Shown here piece by piece: positions 28,060 to 37,249 of a DNA stretch of 56,684 nt. Below the pieces are notes generated by a model. That model made no database searches, was not told where the DNA came from, and saw nothing but the letters and a program-made list of their open reading frames with translations. This DNA is from a virus. Taxonomy: Duplodnaviria > Caudoviricetes. Where the stretch lies: positions 1 through 56,684 of IMG/VR virus record IMGVR_UViG_3300026518_000013, one strand, 5' to 3'. A program made the translations under genes and the position numbers. Numbering within the stretch: position 1 is the stretch's first letter; every line of letters starts with the position of its first letter.

Positions 28060-28482
28060 TCAAATCTTTGACATTATCAACTTTGGTTGAGCAAATGTAT
28101 ATTTAACATACTTTATCTTCTTCTTCTCTAACTCTAAACCAACATTATACACCAATTCATCAATTTCTACCCTTACTTGTTCATTAACTTGATATTGCAT
28201 GGCAAGTATTTCAAAAGCTCTTTGTATTGCATGGTAACTATGATTAGTTGTTAATTCACCCACGTATTTCAAACTTACACCCGTAAACCAATACAAAACA
28301 TACCACCAATAACGCCTTAATTTGATAGCCTCATAATTATTTTGAATATTTAGAAAAGAAAAATTTTTTGAATATGTTTTTAAAATTACATTCTTTATAA
28401 CATAGGCTATTTTATATGTTTTAATTGTTGGTACTAAATAACCCCCAAAAATGTTTAATTTTTGTAAACTTTCTAAACTCAT
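28060..28482 (-). CDS. DnaA C-terminal (domain IV)-like HTH protein
   Basis: RRYWWYVLYWFTGVSLKYVG...HSYHAIQRAF resembles R..amYL....t..SL..IG....H.TV. Confidence 0.55.
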   Translation of the reverse strand: MSLESLQKLNIFGGYLVPTIKTYKIAYVIKNVILKTYSKNFSFLNIQNNYEAIKLRRYWWYVLYWFTGVSLKYVGELTTNHSYHAIQRAFEILAMQYQVNEQVRVEIDELVYNVGLELEKKKIKYVKYTFAQPKLIMSKI

Positions 28483-28673
28483 CTTTGCCCTATCTTTTTT
28501 CTATTCAAAGAAACAAAACGTAATCGTACATAAAAACTACGAAGTTCTGTAACCTTAACAAAAATTTTTGCATGATTAAGTTGTTTAAATTTTAACGCTA
28601 TATTTTTATCTTTTGTAACATCCAATTTTTTATTCTTCAACCATATACCTTTTTCCAACTCAATGATATACAT
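28479..28673 (-). CDS. Hypothetical protein
   Basis: 64 aa ORF in an operon. Confidence 0.6.
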   Translation of the reverse strand: MYIIELEKGIWLKNKKLDVTKDKNIALKFKQLNHAKIFVKVTELRSFYVRLRFVSLNRKKIGQR

Positions 28674-28679
28674 AACAAA

Positions 28680-29333
28680 TTATTTTAATTCAACATAACT
28701 TTGCCCATTTCTTTGACGTACAACAAATAATCTATCTGCCGCTTCAGTCAATTCCTCTTCATGAGTAACAATAATAAATTGAATATCTAACTGATTAGAT
28801 AACTCACTAATAATTAATGATGCTTTTTCTTGTAAATCTTTACTTAAAAACCGTAATGGTTCATCTAATATGATTACATTTCTCAATTTTGGCCTTTTCA
28901 TAGACCAAACAGCAACCCTCAAAGCAAAAGAAGCTAAATCAACAACACCACCCCCACTTGCTTCCATAGGAGAAAATTTCTTACCATCCCTAACAAAATA
29001 TAAATCACATTCCGTCTTATTACGCCGTTCCACAAATTCAATTTGCAATTCATAAGAATCCTCTCCAAAAACTGCTTTTAATGCGTTAGTAACCACATGA
29101 GAAATATGATACTGCAAACTTTTTTGAGTTTCCAAACCAACTACACGAGCAATTTGTAATGCTTCATCTATATCATTTTGTTGAATAGATAAATTTTGCA
29201 ATCTTTTCCGGGATTGTTTTATCAAATTAATTACTTTATTTTGTTGTCCTTTTAAATGATTGACTTTGGCAATTAATTTAGTAATCGAGATATTTGCCGT
29301 ATTGTTCCATAATAGTGTCATAATCTTTTCCAA
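28680..29333 (-). CDS. sbcC: SbcC/Rad50-like ATPase, C-terminal half
   Basis: ASGG signature, IILDEP Walker B, IIVTH H-loop. Confidence 0.88.
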   Translation of the reverse strand: MEKIMTLLWNNTANISITKLIAKVNHLKGQQNKVINLIKQSRKRLQNLSIQQNDIDEALQIARVVGLETQKSLQYHISHVVTNALKAVFGEDSYELQIEFVERRNKTECDLYFVRDGKKFSPMEASGGGVVDLASFALRVAVWSMKRPKLRNVIILDEPLRFLSKDLQEKASLIISELSNQLDIQFIIVTHEEELTEAADRLFVVRQRNGQSYVELK

Positions 29334-29523
29334 TTTGATTTTCCAAAATTTGTAAATCTTTTTGCATAGACTTTAATTCCTTTTCCGCTGCACCAATAGA
29401 ATCAATTCCAAATTCATCTTTTAACGTTTTTAACAACTGCTTCTTTTCCCCTTCTAATTGTGCCAATTGTTGTTCTGCATCTTTAATTTTTTCTTGTAAT
29501 TGCAAAAGCTTATTTGTATCCAT
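29278..29523 (-). CDS. Coiled-coil protein within the SbcCD cluster
   Basis: Heptad-rich 81 aa ORF. Confidence 0.75.
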   Translation of the reverse strand: MDTNKLLQLQEKIKDAEQQLAQLEGEKKQLLKTLKDEFGIDSIGAAEKELKSMQKDLQILENQIGKDYDTIMEQYGKYLDY

Positions 29524-29531
29524 AATTATAA

Positions 29532-30386
29532 CTAATTAAATGTTTTCCAAATATAATCCTGAACCCTCTTTGGTATTTTATTTGCTGCAAAATACACCCG
29601 TAAATTATTTGCATAATCCAAATCAGACTTAAATTCCCCTTGTAAACCCGAAATAAACGCTTGTACGTCCATATCTTGCTTTATTGGATGCCTTATATCC
29701 TGCACCCATACATCTTGCCGTATAGGCAAAGGAATTAATTCAATTTCTTTAGTTTCCAAATCATATAAAAATACCTGTGGTTGAAAATCTTTTTGTTGAC
29801 TGGTTAATCGCATCATACTACCAGGATTAACCAATAATTTATCCCCAAATTTAACAAAAAAAGATTGGTGATTATCCCCCGTCACAATAACATCAGCTAA
29901 ATCTTTATACTTACGCAAAATACGCACGGCATTTGTACCTATATCAGCTTGCCAAGTTTCTACCTTTCCAGGCTTATATACAAATTTATGCCAAACCAAA
30001 AACCGGGTATTACCAAAAACAATAATATCTTGTTCATTTGGTTCCCTGTCCCAATGACATCCAGATAATACCTTCAAAACACCAGCTTGTTGTAAGGTAT
30101 AAATACCAGTCATTTCTTTCAATTCTAAATTATGTTGAGGTAAATCATGATTACCATACAAAGTATAAAATTGGTCTGGTAAATACCCAATTGTATAAGA
30201 CAATAATCGAGGAGAAGGTTTCCAATGATCAAATAAATCGCCAGCATGAATAACTGAACAATTATACTTTTTTTGCAATTTAGAAATAAAATGTACCTTT
30301 TCCCACATATCATTCCAAAAAGACCCTGTACGAGATATCGGGGTCTTTTCACGTAAATGCCAATCACTGGTTAAAATCACCTTCAT
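29532..30386 (-). CDS. sbcD: SbcD/Mre11-like metallophosphoesterase nuclease
   Basis: SDWH, AGDLFD, GNHD, GDNH, NPGS. Confidence 0.9.
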   Translation of the reverse strand: MKVILTSDWHLREKTPISRTGSFWNDMWEKVHFISKLQKKYNCSVIHAGDLFDHWKPSPRLLSYTIGYLPDQFYTLYGNHDLPQHNLELKEMTGIYTLQQAGVLKVLSGCHWDREPNEQDIIVFGNTRFLVWHKFVYKPGKVETWQADIGTNAVRILRKYKDLADVIVTGDNHQSFFVKFGDKLLVNPGSMMRLTSQQKDFQPQVFLYDLETKEIELIPLPIRQDVWVQDIRHPIKQDMDVQAFISGLQGEFKSDLDYANNLRVYFAANKIPKRVQDYIWKTFN

Positions 30387-30735
30387 CTTTCATGTTTATT
30401 TTGATTGAATTATTCATAAGTAACTCTTTTCCCATCAACCTTATACCAGCTTCTACTATCTCTTCTGGTTTTGGATTTACCTGACGATGTAAACTAATCA
30501 AAAGATCAATTAACATTTCCCGAGAAACTTTTCCAACAATTCTTTGAATTTCTTTATTTTTCCCGTCACCCCTCACATACAAAAACGCAGTAAAATTCAT
30601 TTCTTGCAATTCTTGTTCCGATATACTATCAGTAAAATCAGGTAACAACTTTTTATACAAATCCAAAGTTTCCATTAACCTTTTCATCAAAAATTTACCC
30701 TCTATATCTATATCTTTGTAATTTTTATTTTCCAT
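30364..30735 (-). CDS. Hypothetical protein
   Basis: 123 aa ORF. Confidence 0.7.
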   Translation of the reverse strand: MENKNYKDIDIEGKFLMKRLMETLDLYKKLLPDFTDSISEQELQEMNFTAFLYVRGDGKNKEIQRIVGKVSREMLIDLLISLHRQVNPKPEEIVEAGIRLMGKELLMNNSIKINMKDEGDFNQ

Positions 30736-30740
30736 AATTA

Positions 30741-31013
30741 CTATTTGAAATGTTCCATCAAAGCTTGTAACATATGCAAAGCATCTTTCTTACCCATTCG
30801 GGCTACCTTTCGTAAGGCTACCGGTTTTTTCCCAATTCTTTCAACAACCATAACCATAACAGCCAAATTATCAACTCCCTGATGAACAGAATCTTTATAC
30901 TTTTCAATCAAAGGTAAATCATTCTCAACATCATCAATTGGACAAATTTTATCTACGAAATCTTCAATATCTTTTTGTAAGATATCATTAGTTAATTCTA
31001 ATTCTTGCATCAT
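30741..31013 (-). CDS. Hypothetical protein
   Basis: 90 aa ORF downstream of a TGTATAATA motif. Confidence 0.7.
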   Translation of the reverse strand: MMQELELTNDILQKDIEDFVDKICPIDDVENDLPLIEKYKDSVHQGVDNLAVMVMVVERIGKKPVALRKVARMGKKDALHMLQALMEHFK

Positions 31014-31038
31014 TTTTAATTTTTTAATTTATATAATA

Positions 31039-31063
31039 TATTATACAAAACAAATCTATTTAC
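31039..31063 (-). promoter_or_regulatory. Putative middle promoter GTAAAT-N10-TGTATAATA
   Basis: TGTATAATA recurs at 26826, 37222, 43864 and 45473. Confidence 0.6.
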
Positions 31064-32122
31064 TTAATGAGTACATTTAGAAACTTGACAACCACATAAC
31101 GGACAAATATCAGGAAATTCCCTGTTAAATAGTTGTTTAAGTTGATTATGAGTAGTATACTGTATTCTCCAAACTGAAATATTATCTTTCAATTGTAAAA
31201 TTAATTTTTGCAATTTCTTAACTTTTGTTTGCAAATTAACATATTGATTCCAATTTTCATTTAATAAAATAATCTTATTTTTAGCAGAAAGCAAATCTTG
31301 ATATCCGGATATTTCTTGTTCCAAATTCCAGAAATCATTCTTTATACGATACAATTTTTGTTTACGAGTAATTAATTTTTCCCAATCTTGTCGTTTCTTT
31401 ATTAATTTTTTAACCTGCGGACTTATCTTTAATATTTTTTGCTGTACAACATAATTTCCTTCGATTTCCCGGACTTTATTAATTAATACGACCAAAGTAT
31501 TAATATTGCGTTTTAATTCGTCTAATCGCTTTAATTTAGCTTGTAAATTTTTTACCTCTTTTTCCAACCCTGGTAAAAAAGAATATTGCTTCCGCTGTTC
31601 CCGATATTCTTGTAATTTTGCTTTTTCAAATTTATATTCTTGGTTTACTTCAAATAACTGATGATTTAATGACTTTAATGTAGTATGAATTTGCTCCAAA
31701 TGAGCTACTCGATTAAAAAATAAAGCAACCTCGCCGGGTGTATTAGAAAATAAAAAAGAATTATCCATTTGATGTTGAATATTTACTTTATCCAAATTCA
31801 ATAATTCTTTAACAGAATCCGGCACATCAATTTTTAATGCTTTTAATAATAAATTATCATTAATAATATATTCATTTTCATTTTTGGTTCTTTTTCTTTC
31901 AATTTTTCCATTATCTAAATCTAAAATAACCCGAGTATCACCACCCCAATAACTCCTAAATTCATCTCCTGATGGACGATTAAAAACAAGCCAACGAATA
32001 GCCCGTATAATAGCAGTTTTTCCTGAATCACTTGAACCCAAAATAATATTAACACCAGGATGAAAATCAAGTTCAGTTTCTTTATGACTTTGAAAATTTT
32101 TTATTCTAATACTTTTAATCAT
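31064..32122 (-). CDS. sbcC: SbcC/Rad50-like ATPase, N-terminal half with terminal zinc hook
   Basis: IKNFQSH, GSSDSGKT Walker A, Q-loop, coiled coil, CPLCG. Confidence 0.9.
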   Translation of the reverse strand: MIKSIRIKNFQSHKETELDFHPGVNIILGSSDSGKTAIIRAIRWLVFNRPSGDEFRSYWGGDTRVILDLDNGKIERKRTKNENEYIINDNLLLKALKIDVPDSVKELLNLDKVNIQHQMDNSFLFSNTPGEVALFFNRVAHLEQIHTTLKSLNHQLFEVNQEYKFEKAKLQEYREQRKQYSFLPGLEKEVKNLQAKLKRLDELKRNINTLVVLINKVREIEGNYVVQQKILKISPQVKKLIKKRQDWEKLITRKQKLYRIKNDFWNLEQEISGYQDLLSAKNKIILLNENWNQYVNLQTKVKKLQKLILQLKDNISVWRIQYTTHNQLKQLFNREFPDICPLCGCQVSKCTH

Positions 32123-32589
32123 TTTGTTCTTTTTAACAATTTTGTATGATACAACGTTTTCTCTGTCAAATGAAGTAAATGTAAAGCATCAGCCTCGTTA
32201 TCATCATTACCCAAATAATTATACAGTTTCTTGGCAGCTTCAATCATTGCAAGTTTACCACAATTACCTTTTCCCGTAGCGAATTTTTTTATTTCAGACG
32301 CAGAAAAAGCTATATATTCCAATTCATAATCAATAACAACACTTTCAATAATCCCGATTATTTTAGATTGTGTAATAATTGCCCTCGTATTACGCCCCGC
32401 CGGACGTTCATAAGCAATCACTTTTATTTCCGGATAAGCTTCTAATATTTCAGTTAATTTACTTCGAAAACGAATCAATTTCATACCCCAACTTTCATCC
32501 GTCCTGGTATGTAGATTCCATGTACCGTAAATTTCCTTACTCAAAGCCCAACCACTTATTGTTGCAGGATCAATCGCCAGTATTCTCAT
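32119..32589 (-). CDS. ruvC: RuvC-like Holliday junction resolvase
   Basis: ILAIDP, IAYE, IKKFATGKGN, DDNEADA. Confidence 0.9.
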   Translation of the reverse strand: MRILAIDPATISGWALSKEIYGTWNLHTRTDESWGMKLIRFRSKLTEILEAYPEIKVIAYERPAGRNTRAIITQSKIIGIIESVVIDYELEYIAFSASEIKKFATGKGNCGKLAMIEAAKKLYNYLGNDDNEADALHLLHLTEKTLYHTKLLKRTK

Positions 32590-32592
32590 TTT

Positions 32593-32913
32593 TTAATTAT
32601 TTTCTTTATTTTTATACATGTTAATCAAACCAGCTATCCATTCTGATTGATTAATTAATTTTTCAACTTGTTGATAAGTAATTCTTTCACTTCTTGCTTC
32701 TTGCATTAACAAAACCTTCTGTAAAGCTAATGTTAATGTTCCTTGCAATTTTTTAAGCTGTATACCATACTTCTTAGATATATCCTTTTCTTCATCAAAT
32801 CTTTCAAAAGCCAAATCAATAGCCACTACAAAATAATGCAAAGGATACTTAACAAGCATTCTTTGAACCCTACTATCTTTCTTTTTTTCTTCCACTTGCA
32901 AATTTTTTTTCAA
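32593..32913 (-). CDS. Hypothetical protein
   Basis: 106 aa ORF. Confidence 0.65.
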   Translation of the reverse strand: MKKNLQVEEKKKDSRVQRMLVKYPLHYFVVAIDLAFERFDEEKDISKKYGIQLKKLQGTLTLALQKVLLMQEARSERITYQQVEKLINQSEWIAGLINMYKNKENN

Positions 32914-33913
32914 TTAATTCCCACAAATCAATTACCTGTTCCCGTAAATCTTTTTCCCATCCATTCTCTTCAATAATTTGAATAGATTTTTCCAAACTTC
33001 GATCCAAATTCTCACCATTAAATGTATATACTGACGAACCATTATATTGTTTAATAAACTTTAAATTCTCCCTAATATCATCAATTCCATAATCAAATAA
33101 AATAGTTAAATCTGCTTCCCTATATGGTGCCCAAACAGAATTTTTAAACACTTGTATTCTTGATGTAACACCTATTACTTTTTTAATTTGTTTTCCTTTT
33201 ATTGTAACTACTTTTTTAATTTTTTCCAACAAATTTACTTTCAATCGAACAGACGAATAAAAACCAATCGCTTCACCACCCGGAGAAACATATTTCTGAC
33301 CAAACATGCCGGCATTTGCATTAATCCTAACTTGATTGGAAGCTACTAATAAATAATTTTTTTGCTTCAAAATACGAGCAGTTTTACGTAATTCCTCAGA
33401 AAATTCTTTTGCCCGACGCATTCCCATCTTATCCCCCTCTTGATTATCCATTTCCAAATTAGTAGATAATGCAGCTAATGAATCGGCCATAATCCCATTA
33501 ATTTTTGTAGGGTCATTTGGTTGCCAATTACGAATTGAGGAAAAAACTTCCGGAATAGTATCAGGAGTAGTATAATCCATTTCATCAATTTGCAAATCAA
33601 ATAAACGAGCAAAAGTAGTATTCAATCTTGCTTCCGGGTCATGAAAGAGAATACCCCCACCTAATCGTTGAATATTACCGGCAATTTCACACAACATAAC
33701 AGTCTTTCCAGAACCAGATGGACCGAATATTTCCACCATAATACCACCCAGTAAACCACCCCCACGAATACGACCACCAGAAATCGCCAAATCTAATAAA
33801 GTAGAACCAGTTGAAATAACTTGTGAAATATTTCCATCATATTGAAAATTTTTATCATTAATTTGGGAAATACTATTACTTATTTTTTCTGCTAAATTTG
33901 TACGTCGTATCAT
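32873..33913 (-). CDS. recA: RecA-family recombinase
   Basis: ISTGSTLLDLAI, GPSGSGKT, DSLAAL, NQVR, GGEAIGFYSSVRL. Confidence 0.95.
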   Translation of the reverse strand: MIRRTNLAEKISNSISQINDKNFQYDGNISQVISTGSTLLDLAISGGRIRGGGLLGGIMVEIFGPSGSGKTVMLCEIAGNIQRLGGGILFHDPEARLNTTFARLFDLQIDEMDYTTPDTIPEVFSSIRNWQPNDPTKINGIMADSLAALSTNLEMDNQEGDKMGMRRAKEFSEELRKTARILKQKNYLLVASNQVRINANAGMFGQKYVSPGGEAIGFYSSVRLKVNLLEKIKKVVTIKGKQIKKVIGVTSRIQVFKNSVWAPYREADLTILFDYGIDDIRENLKFIKQYNGSSVYTFNGENLDRSLEKSIQIIEENGWEKDLREQVIDLWELIEKKFASGRKKER

Positions 33914-34275
33914 TTAATTATATGGTTTAAAATATAATCTTCATCTTGTTTAGTTAATCGCAAAATAGATAAATCAATTTTTACACTCTCTAAAAAATCA
34001 TTAAATTCAACATCAATTAAATTAATTTTTCCTTGTTCAATTAAAGAATTTCTCTTTTTAGCCCAATTTGATGAATAATTTTGGGTAATAGCTATTCGAG
34101 CTTCCTGTAACTTATTAGAATAATCACTAAAATAAGTATGAAGAACTACCCGAATCAAAGCTGACCGGGTAGTTCCTGAAGCTCTTTTCAAAAGATTCAA
34201 ACGATAAACATCCTCTTTTGAAAGATAAACACCAATAAAATCAAAATTTTTTATTTTCATTTTTTCCTCCATCAA
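33910..34275 (-). CDS. Ribbon-helix-helix DNA-binding protein
   Basis: IGVYLSKEDVYRL...TTRSALIR. Confidence 0.6.
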   Translation of the reverse strand: MMEEKMKIKNFDFIGVYLSKEDVYRLNLLKRASGTTRSALIRVVLHTYFSDYSNKLQEARIAITQNYSSNWAKKRNSLIEQGKINLIDVEFNDFLESVKIDLSILRLTKQDEDYILNHIIK

Positions 34276-35375
34276 TTAGCTTCTTTTTTTTCAATACAAC
34301 TATCCCAAATTTCACAAGTATCACATTCTTCAAATTTATCGGTATCTATTCCAAATTTATGACCATATGGACAAATATGTTCATTAACTTGCATTTGTGA
34401 TTCTTCCATTTTTTCCGGTTCCTCTACTTGCTTTTCAACTACCAATTTTTTACGTCTAATCGGTTTCTCTTCTTTCGGTTGCAATTCCTTCTCCTGATGA
34501 ATAATTTTTTTCCGGCGTCTGACCAATTTTTCTTCTTCCGGTTCCTCTATTTCCTCTTTAATTACTGATTTCCGGCGTCTGACCAATTTTTCTTCTTCCG
34601 GTTCTTCCTGTTCTTCTTTTAATTGTTTAACATCATCATCATCCAATTCAAAGAAAAGTTTTGTTAATTCATCATAAGATATTTCATGCAAAATTTCATC
34701 CAACTTAGGAACTTTACTTAAAATATCATCTTCATACACCGCATCCCTCTCCAAAAAATCAATACGACTTGCTTTTGCAAAAGGTTTTCCCCCTCCAAAT
34801 GAATCACTATCAAAACGAATTTTCAATGTATATCCTTCCTCCAAATCCGGAAAAGCAGCCATATCCGGATCTTCATTTAATTCATCATCCAGTAAATCCT
34901 GAAACAAATAATGAGACATATCCCAAATATGAATTTTTTCATCAAAATCTTTATTCCCAATAGGAATAATAACATAAAGTATACGTTTAGAAGTTTTTAA
35001 AACATCAGTTTCCGACTTTTCAGCTCCTTCCCGAAATAATTTTGCCCGATATTCACAAATTGGACATTTTTTACCAAAACTTGTAGGACAAATAACTGTA
35101 CTCTTTTCCGGTCCAATATTACGATGAATCTTAAAAGGACGCCTATACCAATAAGTACCCGGAACAGCAATTTCATTTTCATCATCACGATCAGGATGTT
35201 TCTCAACAGTTACCTGATATGGTAAAATATCTATTAATACCCTACTACCAGGTTTTGGGGAAAAAATAGGAATACCATGAGGTAAATCCAAATACCCAAA
35301 TCCTGTTGTTTCATTTTTTGCTTTTTCTGCAGTTTTCCGAATTTTATCACGGAAACCCATTCTTTTTTTTGCCAT
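34272..35375 (-). CDS. gp32-like single-stranded DNA-binding protein with charged repeats and a Cys4 C-terminal domain
   Basis: H...CPTSFGKKCPICE zinc site; DLEEGYTLKI; CPYGH...CDTC...C. Confidence 0.75.
   Translation of the reverse strand: MAKKRMGFRDKIRKTAEKAKNETTGFGYLDLPHGIPIFSPKPGSRVLIDILPYQVTVEKHPDRDDENEIAVPGTYWYRRPFKIHRNIGPEKSTVICPTSFGKKCPICEYRAKLFREGAEKSETDVLKTSKRILYVIIPIGNKDFDEKIHIWDMSHYLFQDLLDDELNEDPDMAAFPDLEEGYTLKIRFDSDSFGGGKPFAKASRIDFLERDAVYEDDILSKVPKLDEILHEISYDELTKLFFELDDDDVKQLKEEQEEPEEEKLVRRRKSVIKEEIEEPEEEKLVRRRKKIIHQEKELQPKEEKPIRRKKLVVEKQVEEPEKMEESQMQVNEHICPYGHKFGIDTDKFEECDTCEIWDSCIEKKEAN
34509..34604. repeat. 36-bp perfect direct repeat with a 60-bp period in the SSB gene
   Basis: 34509-34544 = 34569-34604; encodes EPEEEKLVRRRK. 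Confidence 0.95.
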
Positions 35376-35401
35376 TTTAATTTAATTTTTAGTTATACAA
35401 T

Positions 35402-35902
35402 CTATTTTTTACGTTGCATCATTCTTGAAGCAATCACTTCATTTACTCTTTTTTCCTTTGCTTTTTTCTCCCATTCCCGATTTATATTATTAGGAATTGA
35501 AGGACCAGCAAAATACTGTTGACCAAATAATCGTACCAAATTTTCCAAAGCACTTTTCCTATGGTCCATTGCATCAACTGCAGCTTGTGCCACATTTTGT
35601 TCATATTTAGAATTAATTACATCTAAATTTGCCTCAATATAATTCGGTTGTTTTAATATAGTATTAAAAATAACTGTTTCAGTCAATTTAGTATTTATTT
35701 CAAAACTTTCCGGATTTTCTCGAATTTCCCGATCTAATTGTGCTTTTACTAATTCTAACTGTGTCTTTGCTTTTTCAACTCGCCTCTTCCAAAAAGCCAA
35801 ATTCTTGGCATATTTCAACATCAACATAGGTTGCTCTAACCATTCCAAATCTAACGCATCCTGGTCAATTTCAATGTCATGTTCATAATCTAAATTTTCC
35901 AT
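35402..35902 (-). CDS. UvsY-like recombination mediator
   Basis: Helical; KLTETVI...A(V)DAMDHRKSALENL; next to SSB and RecA. Confidence 0.6.
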   Translation of the reverse strand: MENLDYEHDIEIDQDALDLEWLEQPMLMLKYAKNLAFWKRRVEKAKTQLELVKAQLDREIRENPESFEINTKLTETVIFNTILKQPNYIEANLDVINSKYEQNVAQAAVDAMDHRKSALENLVRLFGQQYFAGPSIPNNINREWEKKAKEKRVNEVIASRMMQRKK

Positions 35903-35904
35903 AT

Positions 35905-36120
35905 CTAATCAAAATTAAATTTAAAACGTTCTTCATTTTTTTGCATACATAAAACAGCATATTCATTTAACACTGACTTAGGTAATTCCCGCCAATCAAA
36001 CTGAGCCTCTTCCATAGCATAGAAAAGTAATTCTTTACCTACTTTTGCTGTTGAAGGAAAAGCCGAATCCGCAGGATAAAGTTTTTCAATTACATCAATT
36101 AATTCCTGTTTTGTCTTCAT
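35905..36120 (-). CDS. Hypothetical protein
   Basis: 71 aa ORF. Confidence 0.65.
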   Translation of the reverse strand: MKTKQELIDVIEKLYPADSAFPSTAKVGKELLFYAMEEAQFDWRELPKSVLNEYAVLCMQKNEERFKFNFD

Positions 36121-36298
36121 TTCTACATTTATTATATAAAGTTAACAATCTATCAGAATATATTCCCATACTAAATTGCCTACCTAATACACCACAATTC
36201 TTACATTTATATACCCAAACATTTTGTCCATGTTTATCAATTTTTTCTTTTATTTTTTGCCAATCATGTACACCATTATGTAATCTATCAATAAACAT
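36095..36298 (-). CDS. Small zinc-ribbon-like protein
   Basis: HDW...YKCKNCG. Confidence 0.6.
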   Translation of the reverse strand: MFIDRLHNGVHDWQKIKEKIDKHGQNVWVYKCKNCGVLGRQFSMGIYSDRLLTLYNKCRNEDKTGIN

Positions 36299-36301
36299 TA
36301 A

Positions 36302-37207
36302 TTAACTTTTCACTACCGTATAACAAGCTAAAATCAATCGAGCAAATCCACCAGAATAAAAATAATCAGAAAATTCATCAATAACAATTGCAGCCCGATC
36401 ACTTGTTTTATTAAGTAGCACACTTTGGGAATAACCTAAAACATGCCGGCGAATACTTTCCGGGTCTTCATCTTTTAATCCTTTCAAAATATTAGAAACC
36501 TTTTTCCAAGGACTACCATCAATAAGTGCCCGACACAATTCAATACTTTGTGATTGTGCTTCCGCTGTTTGTTTTGCTATTTGCAATCGTTGGTCTTCCG
36601 GAGAAGCCAATACTTTTTCCAAAATTTGCAAAGCATTACGCGGATGACCAAAACTATCCTGAATTATTTGCTCATATACCAATTTTTGCAAATTTTCCCC
36701 CTCTTGCCGGACCACTCGACGAAGCAAATGCATCATTTCATTATCATTGAAAACCTTCACTTCAAAAATAGTAGTCCTACCTTTTATTGTAGAAATCAAT
36801 TTTTGAGGGTCAGTAGTAGCCAAAATAAAATAAACATGTTTTGGGGTATCCTCCAATATTTTTAACATTGCATTTTGAGCATCATTACTTAATTTATGAC
36901 ATTCATCCAAAAGAAATACCCGACATTTACCATTCATTGGAGCATATTGCGCCCGTTTCCGGATTTCACGAATAGTATCAATCCCCCTAAAATCAGCACT
37001 ATCAATTTCAACAAAATCACCTCCCGCACCCAATTCATCAGCTATAATACGAGCAAGCGTAGTTTTGCCACAACCTGTTGGTCCAGTCAATAAAGAAGAA
37101 TGAGGAAATTTACCAGTTTTCAATAAACTTTTAATAGTATAAACAACCGCTTTATTTCCAATAACTTCATCAAAATTTTTTGGTCGATATTTCAAATATA
37201 AACTCAT
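36302..37207 (-). CDS. dnaX: Clamp loader (DnaX gamma/tau-like AAA+)
   Basis: LYLKYRPKNFDEVIG, GPTGCGKTT, LDECH, AQNAMLKILE. Confidence 0.93.
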   Translation of the reverse strand: MSLYLKYRPKNFDEVIGNKAVVYTIKSLLKTGKFPHSSLLTGPTGCGKTTLARIIADELGAGGDFVEIDSADFRGIDTIREIRKRAQYAPMNGKCRVFLLDECHKLSNDAQNAMLKILEDTPKHVYFILATTDPQKLISTIKGRTTIFEVKVFNDNEMMHLLRRVVRQEGENLQKLVYEQIIQDSFGHPRNALQILEKVLASPEDQRLQIAKQTAEAQSQSIELCRALIDGSPWKKVSNILKGLKDEDPESIRRHVLGYSQSVLLNKTSDRAAIVIDEFSDYFYSGGFARLILACYTVVKS

Positions 37208-37221
37208 AATCTTATTTTTAT

Positions 37222-37230
37222 TATTATACA
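37222..37230 (-). promoter_or_regulatory. Putative middle promoter TGTATAATA
   Basis: Intergenic copy of the repeated motif. Confidence 0.55.
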
Positions 37231-37249
37231 GTAAATTTAATGATTCATT

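Noticed and set aside
29278-29333. Programmed frameshift joining the 81-aa coiled coil to the SbcC C-half
   Set aside because: It would need a +1 shift and no convincing shift signal is visible; an ordinary overlap is simpler
30364-31013. Paralogy between the two ORFs separating the SbcC halves
   Set aside because: Only a vague pattern similarity; cannot be supported without an alignment
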